Source of the DNA: Minisyncoccota bacterium
Lineage (GTDB): Bacteria > Patescibacteriota > Minisyncoccia > UBA6257
Assembly: GCA_028695015.1 (NCBI GenBank)
Contig: JAQVJR010000001.1
Span: forward strand, 100,422 to 164,421
Length of the DNA: 64,000 nt
Reading direction: 5' to 3'
The notes beneath the pieces are model-generated. The model did not search any database and was not told where the DNA came from. It worked only from the letters and a program-made list of their open reading frames with translations. Positions 47,262 through 55,797 of this stretch are shown here, piece after piece. A program made the translations under genes and the position numbers. The stretch's first letter is position 1; every line of letters starts with the position of its first letter.

Positions 47262-49562
47262 TTAATTCTCAATTAAATCCCATTGTTCTTCTTCTACTAA
47301 TTGAATAAATTCTTCTGCTGCTTCTTTAGCTGCTGGGTTTAATTCCACAGCTTTTTTAGCATATTCAATAGCTTTGCCTTTGTTTTGCATTTTAGCATAT
47401 GTGGCTGCCAAACCTCGATACAAAGAATCATCTTGAGGATCTAATTGAATGGCTCTTAAATAAAGATTTTCTATTACTGTATATTTCTTCTCTTGCGCTA
47501 ATAAGTTAATAATACTTACAATCATGCTTTTATCAGTAAAAGGATAATCTAATTCTGCTGCCTTAATTAAATTCTCATTGCGTTCTTCCATTTCTCCTAA
47601 TTCGTTATAGGCCACCCCTAAAAGATAATAAGAAGTATTAATCTTCGGATTAAGTTCTATGGTTTTTTCTGTTGTCTCTATTGATTTTTCAATTTCTCCA
47701 TTTATTAAGTAAAACTTAGAAGCAAATAAATATGCTTGTGGAAAATGAGGAAATCTAGAAAGGACTGTTTCTGCAGTGTGCTTTGCCTTGTCTAAATAAG
47801 AAGCATCCCATTGTAAATAAATTGTTTCTAAATCTCCTTTAGCAGTAATTAAACCAAAACGCCAAGGTTTATCTTCAACTGCTTGTTCTGCTTTTACAAC
47901 TAAAGCTTCTATTATTTCTTGTTTGTCTTCATTTTTTAACTTTGAACTATATGAGCTATATATTTTCTTAACCCCTATAATAATATCATCTAATAAGAAA
48001 GCTGGATTATATAATGCTTGTTTTAATTCTTGAGAAGCTAATTCTCCTTGTTCTTGATTGATATAAGAGCCTATTTTCATTATTTTTTTACTAACTAAAT
48101 AAGGTTTTATCACCCACTGAATAGTAGAATATGTTATTGCGCAAATAATAACAATGATAATCAAATAATTACCCATTTGCCCTGCATAATCTTTTTTTTC
48201 TATTTTTTCATTTTCATCTTGTTCATCATTCTTAGATAGACAAACATCCTCTTCATGTTTAGAAAGATTTCCTAAGACAGAAATCAATCCTAATAACAAG
48301 AAAAACATTAAATAGCTTTCATGAAAATCAAAGATAAAAACATTTTGAATAAAATAACTTACTAAACACCCAGCTAAAGCCAAACTAGGTAAAAACCATT
48401 GTTGTTTTTTCCTTAATTCATTTAAGAAATAAAGACCAATACCAAATATAGATAAATAAAACAAAATTCCAATAAAACCATTACAAGCTAAAACTTCCAT
48501 TGGTTTATTATGTGCCCGATCAAAATAAAAATCTTCAGGCAAATGTTTCATTACTTCTGGATTAAAATTCTCCACATAAGCAGCTTCGTAATTCTCTTGA
48601 CCCCAACCAAACAAAGGTTTTTGTAAAAAACTTTCCCAAGCCACTCCAGCTGAAAAAATACGAGACATTGCTGTTGGCGCACTAATAGAAATAGAAGCAA
48701 ATCTACTTAAAATTGAATTATTTTTTACAAAAGAAGTGTTTTTCCCTCCAAAAGTAATTAAAACCATTACTAAGATCAAAATCAAAAAACCAATAGATAT
48801 TTTTTTTAAAATCAATAAGCTCTTATCCTTAGAAAGGAAGATAATTGCCAAAGCAATTAAAACGATACTAACTAAATACCCTAACATTGCTCCTCTAGTT
48901 AAAGTAACAAAAATCAAAAAACTTTGAATTAAAAACGCACCTAACCACCAATTAAGTATTTTTTTATCAAAACTATATTCACGAAAATACAAATACAAGG
49001 CAAAAAAGGCATTAAAGATAAGATAAGCTGCAAAAAAAGAAGGATTGCCAGTATAACCCATTAAACGCTCCCCTCCTGGCTTTACTAAGATATAGCCCCA
49101 TTTTAAAAAAGGAATCAAAGCAAATAAAGAATAAACTAAACTAATCAACACCTGTCCCTTAATAATCTTTTCTAATTCTAAATAATCAAAGGTGGTTGCT
49201 ATTATTAAAAAGAAAGCTATAAAATACCAAATCCCTAAAATACCTTCCATTCTTTCATTACCAGAAAAAAAACTATAATAAAAATTAACTCCAAATAAAG
49301 CTGAAATAAATACAATCAAACCAAATATAACAACTGATTTACTTAAAAGGTTTAATTTAGAAAAAAAACTCTTTTCTCCTCTATTCTTACCAAACATCAA
49401 AAAAGACCAAATTATTAACATTATTCCTATAATAAACCGAAAAACAGTAGCTTTGCCTATGATATATGGAAAATAGGTATGCAAATCTACAACAAAAGGA
49501 GTTAATAAACATGCAAAAATTAAATAAAAAAGAATTTTCTTTAAATTTGTATTATTTATCAT
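47262..49562 (-). CDS. O-antigen ligase/polymerase-like (Wzy_C/WaaL/PglL-type) polytopic membrane protein with a C-terminal TPR domain
   Basis: At least 10 TM helices over aa 1-440 with a large extracytoplasmic loop; the C-terminal ~300 aa have TPR-like repeats (…NPKINTSYYLLGVAYNELGE…, …AIEYAKKAVELNP…). Confidence 0.55.
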   Translation of the reverse strand: MINNTNLKKILFYLIFACLLTPFVVDLHTYFPYIIGKATVFRFIIGIMLIIWSFLMFGKNRGEKSFFSKLNLLSKSVVIFGLIVFISALFGVNFYYSFFSGNERMEGILGIWYFIAFFLIIATTFDYLELEKIIKGQVLISLVYSLFALIPFLKWGYILVKPGGERLMGYTGNPSFFAAYLIFNAFFALYLYFREYSFDKKILNWWLGAFLIQSFLIFVTLTRGAMLGYLVSIVLIALAIIFLSKDKSLLILKKISIGFLILILVMVLITFGGKNTSFVKNNSILSRFASISISAPTAMSRIFSAGVAWESFLQKPLFGWGQENYEAAYVENFNPEVMKHLPEDFYFDRAHNKPMEVLACNGFIGILFYLSIFGIGLYFLNELRKKQQWFLPSLALAGCLVSYFIQNVFIFDFHESYLMFFLLLGLISVLGNLSKHEEDVCLSKNDEQDENEKIEKKDYAGQMGNYLIIIVIICAITYSTIQWVIKPYLVSKKIMKIGSYINQEQGELASQELKQALYNPAFLLDDIIIGVKKIYSSYSSKLKNEDKQEIIEALVVKAEQAVEDKPWRFGLITAKGDLETIYLQWDASYLDKAKHTAETVLSRFPHFPQAYLFASKFYLINGEIEKSIETTEKTIELNPKINTSYYLLGVAYNELGEMEERNENLIKAAELDYPFTDKSMIVSIINLLAQEKKYTVIENLYLRAIQLDPQDDSLYRGLAATYAKMQNKGKAIEYAKKAVELNPAAKEAAEEFIQLVEEEQWDLIEN

Positions 49563-49574
49563 AAGTTTTTATTA

Positions 49575-51221
49575 TTATAAGCTTTTATTTACCATATTTC
49601 TTGTTATTGGTCCAAAATAACCAGTGGTATTAATTCCATTATAAGATTGATATCTTTTTACTGCCGCCAAAGTTAAAGGCCCATAATAACCAGTAATTAA
49701 TTTCTCTGGATAAACATCATTATCTAATCTAGCTAAAAACTGTTGTAAGCATTTTACTTGTTCTGCTCTCATGCCATAATACAAATCTTGAGAAAAAACA
49801 GAACAATAAAGATTTTCCTCATAAGCTTGTTGTCTTGCTAATTGTGTTTCTAAAACTGCTATTTCTTTTTTCAATTCCTCAATCCTTTTTAATAATCCTT
49901 GAATAATTACTTGTTCTTGTTCTTTAATCGATTCAATACTATTAATTTCCCAAGAATAATAATAGGTTTTATCTTGTTCTCCAGGCAAACCAATAAAAGG
50001 AATAAAATAAATTGCTCTGTTTTCACTGCCCATGCCTTTAATAATAACTTCTTGTATATTACTATTAGAAAAATCAAAAAAACCAAGGGTTTTTTTATTA
50101 TCTATGCTTTCTATGATATAAGGGATTTTTCTTATCGGAGTTTCTTTAGGAATAGTAAATTTTAATTTCATATCCCCTTGTCCACCATTAATTCTTTGTA
50201 AATTAGCGCTCCAGGGTTTAATTGAATTAGCAACTGCCAGTGAGCCTTTTTTCTGATCTGGCATATAATAAGAATAAGGAAAAATAGAATAATTTTTTAA
50301 AACAGGATTTTCATAACAATATTCTTTACCCAAAGAACAATCATTAACAATATTAGCTATTAACCAATTTAATAAAACTTGTTCAAAATCCAATTGATTT
50401 TTTTTAAAAACTTCTATAAAAGAAATTAATCCACTTTCTGAAGGATGTTCTAATACTTCTTTTATAATTTCATTGTTAAATTGTTCTTTTAAATACAAGC
50501 CAAGCAAATAAACCCTACCATAGTCCTTATCACTATTATTCCAATTAATTAAATTAATTTCTGTTGAATACAATAATCCTTGAGCTCTTTGTTGAATTAC
50601 TGCATTTAAATTAGGTTCAACTAATTGCCCAGCAAATTCAGATATAAATTCATAAAACCATGTTTCTGCTCCTAATTTCTGATTTAAACTAACTAAATGC
50701 ATAAATTCATGAGCTAACTGATAATTTAAGATTTCTATTGAAGGTTTTACAATCAAATCACTATTCAAGTAAATTATTTGCCCTTCATTTGAATAATTAG
50801 CTACCTCCTGAGAATCTTTATCTACAATCCTAACATAACCACCAAATGTATTTTTTAACGGCTCTAAAACCAAAACAAGACGAGAATCATTATCTATTCC
50901 AGGAATATCTTCATAACCAAAAAGATTAGTTAATAAAGGATAGGTTTTGTATTCAAAATTAGTAACTAAATTATAGATTTTGTTATTAAATTCTTGTTTT
51001 TCTATTAAATTCTCATACCATTGAGCATCTATATAAACATAGAATTGATTAGTAGTTTTTAATAATTGAGTCTCCATTTGATTTCTCCCATACAAATCAT
51101 AATCTGATTCTATAAAAAAACTCTCAAAGTTAGACCAAGCTGCCTGAGAAAAAGCAGGAATAAAAAATATTATTCCTACAAAAAATACAGATATAAACCT
51201 TTTTCTCTTTAAATTAAGCAT
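49575..51221 (-). CDS. Secreted putative zinc-dependent hydrolase (HEXXH) with a C-terminal coiled coil plus peptidoglycan-binding domain
   Basis: Signal peptide ...FFIPAFSQAAW; LAHEFMHLV (HEXXH); C-terminal ...LKRIEELKKEIAVLETQLARQ... then ...YGMRAEQVKCLQQFL...YYGPLTLAAVKRYQ (a PG_binding_1-like fold). Confidence 0.5.
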   Translation of the reverse strand: MLNLKRKRFISVFFVGIIFFIPAFSQAAWSNFESFFIESDYDLYGRNQMETQLLKTTNQFYVYIDAQWYENLIEKQEFNNKIYNLVTNFEYKTYPLLTNLFGYEDIPGIDNDSRLVLVLEPLKNTFGGYVRIVDKDSQEVANYSNEGQIIYLNSDLIVKPSIEILNYQLAHEFMHLVSLNQKLGAETWFYEFISEFAGQLVEPNLNAVIQQRAQGLLYSTEINLINWNNSDKDYGRVYLLGLYLKEQFNNEIIKEVLEHPSESGLISFIEVFKKNQLDFEQVLLNWLIANIVNDCSLGKEYCYENPVLKNYSIFPYSYYMPDQKKGSLAVANSIKPWSANLQRINGGQGDMKLKFTIPKETPIRKIPYIIESIDNKKTLGFFDFSNSNIQEVIIKGMGSENRAIYFIPFIGLPGEQDKTYYYSWEINSIESIKEQEQVIIQGLLKRIEELKKEIAVLETQLARQQAYEENLYCSVFSQDLYYGMRAEQVKCLQQFLARLDNDVYPEKLITGYYGPLTLAAVKRYQSYNGINTTGYFGPITRNMVNKSL

Positions 51222-51258
51222 AAAATATCATAACAAAAAAACTATTATTATTCAAAAC

Positions 51259-51286
51259 AAAAACCGCCCATTTGGGCGGTTTTTGT
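51259..51286. terminator. Bidirectional intrinsic terminator
   Basis: aaaACCGCCC-attt-GGGCGGTttttg: a 7-bp GC-rich stem flanked by an A-run and a T-run, 50 nt after the stop of the 51338-53263 gene. Confidence 0.65.
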
Positions 51287-51337
51287 CATTCTCAAGTCTC
51301 TTATTAAGAACTTGGAATTAAACCTGCAAGGAAAAAG

Positions 51338-53263
51338 TTATTTATGAGACATATACTCTTGACCAGTAATAAATTCACTTAAATTACCAGTATATTCATT
51401 CGTAAGAGTATTCTCTGTTATGCCCCAATATATTTTCTTAGCTGCAACCTGATAAAGATCTCCAGCTGTTGTAGTTGTTATATCTATGAATGTAGTTAAC
51501 TCACAAACACCTGTATTTCCAGCTACTATTCTCCATGATCCATTTGTTTGTTTATCAGCACCTGCAGTACATGTAAATCCGTTAGTTACTGTATTAGGAC
51601 CTGTAACTGAAGGAGTAACATTGCTATCAGCATTGGTAGTTGTAGCAAGGTAAATATCTTCATTTCCTGCTGCTAATATATTAAAGACAATTTTAGCTGT
51701 ACCAAAGCTTCTAGGATCTTCTGTAGTTCCAGTTATAGAAAATGTAGGATCGCTTTTAAGAGTCACTACAGGACCTGACAAATAAATCATTTGTGCTCTT
51801 CCTACAACACTAGATCCGTCAGCTGAGGCAATATGGCTATTACCATCAATACCAGAAAATTCAGGACCTTCTGATATTTGCACTGAATCTCCTCCTTCAT
51901 AATCTTCCTCAAGCTGAGAAATAATAGCCTCTACTCTTAAGGTTTTTGTTGTATTTCCTGCTACAGATAAACTAAAGTTAGACCAAGTAACTGTACCAGT
52001 TGCATTAGGAGCAGCTGCTGCTAATAATGTATCACCATCTAAAAGCTCTACACTTACTATTCTCATGGTAGAAGTAGTAACCATAGTACTTGTTGCTTCT
52101 ATAGTACCACTATTAAAGGTAGCTGCTATATCAGAATTGTTTTTTAAATTAAATTTAAGAAGTTCAATTCTGGAAGTTGAGCTTTTGCTTCCTACTACAG
52201 TTTTTGTTTTAGGATTATCAACTGCAGCCGTAACAGTGAAACTAGCTTGTTTAGCATCGTTAATAGTTACTTGCTGAGAATCTATATCAGCTCCAGTCAC
52301 TGATGTATAAGTAACTTTGGCTGTATCACTAGAAACAACACCGTCTTTTAAGAGACTAAATGTAAATTGCTTACCAGACAAACTAGCACTAACACCAGGG
52401 ACCACTGTTGCTTTAACAGTTAAAACCTCTTTTGCATCTTTGGCTATTTTCCAATTTAATCCACTAATGTCAAATGTATAGACTTTAGCAAAAGTATTTT
52501 CAATAGCATTAGTTTGAGTTACTGGCAACTCAGCTAATTTTGTACTGCCATCCCAAACAGAGATAGAAGTAAATGCTTGCCAAGGAAATACGTTAGCAGT
52601 TGCACTAGTTGTTTTAACTGATACTTTTTTAATGGTCATATCAGAACCAGTAGCTTTATATTGACCAGCTATTAATTCGTATGTTTGACCACCATATACA
52701 GTAGTTACTGGATTAGATACTGGATAGCTAACAACACTTAAGCTTCCATAAGCTGGAGGAGCTTCATCCTCCTCAGGAGTTGTTGTAGGAGGAGTTACTG
52801 GTGAGCAGAAAAGAGCATTGAATTTAGCTCTAGTTGCAGGACCAGCAAAACCAGTTCCTTTAGCTAATCCACCAGGAGTTAAAACCTCAGAAGCATAGAG
52901 TTCTTGGAATTTAACAACTGCAGTTTTGGTCAAAGGACCAAAATAGGTTGTTTCTGCTCCAGCAGCTCCAGCTCCAGCAACAGCTACCTGAGTAGCAACA
53001 TTTTGGTTCAAACCCTGTTGAAGGATTTTTACTTCAGCACTTGTCATTCCTTGTGAAAGGTCGCTAGTAAGACAAAGTCCTGTAGCTACAGGTGCTGTTT
53101 GTCCTGCTAATTTGCTTTCCAAAGAAGCTATTAAAGCAACTAATTCAGCTATTCTTTCTTCAAGTGATGCAATTGTTACTTCTTCTTCAGCTCCAACTGC
53201 TGGTGCAATAACACCTGCAAGCAAAGCCGTAGCTAAGACAAATGCAATAATTTTTTTATTCAT
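51338..53263 (-). CDS. Secreted cell-surface protein: signal peptide, coiled coil, peptidoglycan-binding domain, then a long Thr/Ser/Ala/Val-rich beta-rich region
   Basis: Signal peptide MNKKIIAFVLATALLAGVIAPAVGA; EERIAELVALIASLESKLAG coiled coil; LSQGMTSAEVKILQQGL...YFGPLTKTAVVKFQ PG-binding-like domain; aa 160-641 are low-complexity T/S/V/A/G-rich. The gene is visibly GC-richer than its neighbours. Confidence 0.6.
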   Translation of the reverse strand: MNKKIIAFVLATALLAGVIAPAVGAEEEVTIASLEERIAELVALIASLESKLAGQTAPVATGLCLTSDLSQGMTSAEVKILQQGLNQNVATQVAVAGAGAAGAETTYFGPLTKTAVVKFQELYASEVLTPGGLAKGTGFAGPATRAKFNALFCSPVTPPTTTPEEDEAPPAYGSLSVVSYPVSNPVTTVYGGQTYELIAGQYKATGSDMTIKKVSVKTTSATANVFPWQAFTSISVWDGSTKLAELPVTQTNAIENTFAKVYTFDISGLNWKIAKDAKEVLTVKATVVPGVSASLSGKQFTFSLLKDGVVSSDTAKVTYTSVTGADIDSQQVTINDAKQASFTVTAAVDNPKTKTVVGSKSSTSRIELLKFNLKNNSDIAATFNSGTIEATSTMVTTSTMRIVSVELLDGDTLLAAAAPNATGTVTWSNFSLSVAGNTTKTLRVEAIISQLEEDYEGGDSVQISEGPEFSGIDGNSHIASADGSSVVGRAQMIYLSGPVVTLKSDPTFSITGTTEDPRSFGTAKIVFNILAAGNEDIYLATTTNADSNVTPSVTGPNTVTNGFTCTAGADKQTNGSWRIVAGNTGVCELTTFIDITTTTAGDLYQVAAKKIYWGITENTLTNEYTGNLSEFITGQEYMSHK

Positions 53264-53365
53264 TGTTAATTTTTAATTTGATTAATTTTATGATTATTAC
53301 CGACCTATCATTTAAATTAGTGAAGAGCGCTCTAAGATGCACTCACTAATCTATGATAATAATCG

Positions 53366-54283
53366 TTATTCTTCCATTAGTTCTTCTAAGGGAATAATGG
53401 TAGAATTCTCATCCAAATTCTCTGGAGTTGAAGTTTCGACCTGAACATCCAGAGAAGGGATTGACAATAATTGTTTAATACTTTCTATCTTTTCTATGGC
53501 TAAGAAGCAATCTCCATCTTTAATAGATTTTTCAGCTGAGATTAATAATGTTTTTGCTTGGAGCATTTCATCAGCAGTCCATAAAAGATTTTCTTTATCT
53601 GTATCAGCTAAATATCCACTCAATTCAATTAAATGATTAGTTAAGAAACTAGGACATTTATTAATTTCATCTGTAGTTTGAATAATAAGAGCCAAAACTT
53701 GATTTTGAGTATTTTCCACAGTTTTATTTAATTCATCCTTATCTTCTTCTGTTAAAGCAATCTTTTCAGTTATTGTTTTTAAATCTTTACTTTTTTCTTG
53801 AATATTTTTAGAAACATCTAAAGCTACTTGTTTCTTATTTATCTTTTTTATTTCTTGAGGTACTAATTCTAAATCTTTATTAATGGTTTTTACTATTTCT
53901 TTAATTTCTTTTTCATGATTTTGGATTTTAGATAAATCTTCCATTCTGGCTTTAGCAATTTCTAAACGCACCATTGGTTTTGTTTGATCTGAAGATAAAT
54001 AAATTCTTGTATTTTGAGTTAATGTTTTAATAGGATATAAAATATTTCCAGGCAAAGATACCTGAGCCAATGAAAATGAACCAATCATAAACAATCCTAA
54101 TAAAACAGGAATAAAACTTCTATTTTTAATAAAAGAAAATGAAACCAATTTTACCCTTGGTCTTTCTAAGATATTATTAAATTTAATTTCTAAAAGATTA
54201 GATTTAAGCCAATTAACCCAATCATTATTGGGTTTTATTGTTTTAAATTCTTTAAGTTGTTGAATAAGATTTTTTTCATTCAT
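53366..54283 (-). CDS. Putative anti-sigma factor: single-pass membrane protein with an extracytoplasmic coiled-coil domain
   Basis: Immediately downstream of the ECF sigma gene; one TM helix (FIPVLLGLFMIGSFSLAQV); coiled-coil-rich C-terminal domain. Confidence 0.45.
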   Translation of the reverse strand: MNEKNLIQQLKEFKTIKPNNDWVNWLKSNLLEIKFNNILERPRVKLVSFSFIKNRSFIPVLLGLFMIGSFSLAQVSLPGNILYPIKTLTQNTRIYLSSDQTKPMVRLEIAKARMEDLSKIQNHEKEIKEIVKTINKDLELVPQEIKKINKKQVALDVSKNIQEKSKDLKTITEKIALTEEDKDELNKTVENTQNQVLALIIQTTDEINKCPSFLTNHLIELSGYLADTDKENLLWTADEMLQAKTLLISAEKSIKDGDCFLAIEKIESIKQLLSIPSLDVQVETSTPENLDENSTIIPLEELMEE

Positions 54284-54332
54284 AGTGCTCTCTACTACTG
54301 AAGACGCTAAAACATTAAAAGCGTTACACTTG

Positions 54333-54845
54333 TTATTCTAATTCTTTTTTTAGAGATTCCATAGCCCGATGAAGAATAACTCTAACATTGCCTTCTTTTT
54401 TCTTTAATATTTGGGCAATTTCTTTATTAGGCATTTCATTCACATAACGCCAGATAATAATATCTGCATACAAAGGATTAATTTTTAACAAAGCTTTTTT
54501 AATTCTTTCCATTTCAAAGTTCAATTCTATTTTTTGAATAAAAGTTTGTTTAGCAATTTGAAAATCAGCTATTTCTCCCACATAATCCAAAGATAAAGGT
54601 TTTTTACTTTTTTCTCTGTAAAAATCAATTATTTGATTCCTAGCAATTTGAAACAGAAAAGCTTTTGGATTTAAAACTTTTTTAGATTGTTTTTCTTTTT
54701 GAATTGTTTGTCTTTGCCAGAATTTCAAAAAAACCAAGGAAGTTAAATCTTGGGCAGTTTCTGCTGTATCTACTCTTAAATAGATAAAACGAAAAACTCT
54801 CTGTATATTTTCATCATAAAATTCTGAAAATTGATTTCTATCCAT
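54333..54845 (-). CDS. ECF-type RNA polymerase sigma-70 family factor
   Basis: Region 2 (...FRFIYLRVDTAETAQDLTSLVFLKFW...IARNQIIDFYR) and region 4 HTH (...MPNKEIAQILKKKEGNVRVILHRAMESLK); 170 aa. Confidence 0.8.
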   Translation of the reverse strand: MDRNQFSEFYDENIQRVFRFIYLRVDTAETAQDLTSLVFLKFWQRQTIQKEKQSKKVLNPKAFLFQIARNQIIDFYREKSKKPLSLDYVGEIADFQIAKQTFIQKIELNFEMERIKKALLKINPLYADIIIWRYVNEMPNKEIAQILKKKEGNVRVILHRAMESLKKELE

Positions 54846-54849
54846 AATC

Positions 54850-55797
54850 TTATATTAATTTAACTATCGCTCGAGCTAGTTTATCTGGATCATGACGTAA
54901 AAAATGTCCTTTTCTTAATACTCTAGCAAAAATTACTTTTGGTTTTTTCCATTTTGATAATTCTTGACGATTGTATTTTACCATTTCCGCTCTTTCTTTC
55001 TTGTATTGTTTTAGATAATTACTTTTTGGTTTTTCAATATTAATTAGGAAGTAATCAACCACATTCTTACCAAGATACTTTTCTAATGTAACAAAAAAAT
55101 CCTTAGCTGTAAAATGATTAGTTTCTCCATACTTAGTCATTGTGTTGCAGATATAAAGCTTTTTAGCTTTTGATTTCTTAATTGCTTCTTTTACATTCTT
55201 AACTAGGAAATTAGGAATAATGCTTGTATAAAGATCTCCAGGACCAATAATAATCAAATCTGCTTGTTTTATCTCTTTTAAAGCATCTTTATTAGCCTTT
55301 GGTTGTGGGTTTAAAAAGATTTCTTTGATAAAAAGATTACCATCATGCTTAGGCACATCAATATTAGATTCACCAACAACTAAAAAACCATTTTCTAAAC
55401 GAGCAAAAAGCCGAGTACATTCTAAAGATACAGGAATAACCTTGCCTTTAATTCCTAAGATTTTAGCTGCTTCTTGAATAGCTAAATTAAAATCACCAGT
55501 AATTCTTTCCAAAGCTGTAAGAAAAAGATTACCAAAGCTATGTCCTTTTAACCCAGTGCCATTAACAAAACGATAATTAAACAAATTTGCTAAGATAGGG
55601 CTTTCTGAAGAAAGAGCCACTAAAGCTCTTCGTAAATCCCCTGGAGGCAAAATACCAAATTCTTCTTGTAAAATTCCTGAAGAGCCACCATCATCAGCTA
55701 TGGTCACAATGGCTGATAAATGCATGGGATATTTCTTAAGACCAGTCAACACAGTAAAAACCCCAGTACCCCCTCCAATCACAACTATTTTTTTCAT
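54850..55797 (-). CDS. YvcK/CofD-family (UPF0052) gluconeogenesis-factor-like protein
   Basis: KIVVIGGGTGVFTVLTGLKKYP...AIVTIADDGGSSG matches the YvcK N-terminal consensus. Confidence 0.75.
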   Translation of the reverse strand: MKKIVVIGGGTGVFTVLTGLKKYPMHLSAIVTIADDGGSSGILQEEFGILPPGDLRRALVALSSESPILANLFNYRFVNGTGLKGHSFGNLFLTALERITGDFNLAIQEAAKILGIKGKVIPVSLECTRLFARLENGFLVVGESNIDVPKHDGNLFIKEIFLNPQPKANKDALKEIKQADLIIIGPGDLYTSIIPNFLVKNVKEAIKKSKAKKLYICNTMTKYGETNHFTAKDFFVTLEKYLGKNVVDYFLINIEKPKSNYLKQYKKERAEMVKYNRQELSKWKKPKVIFARVLRKGHFLRHDPDKLARAIVKLI

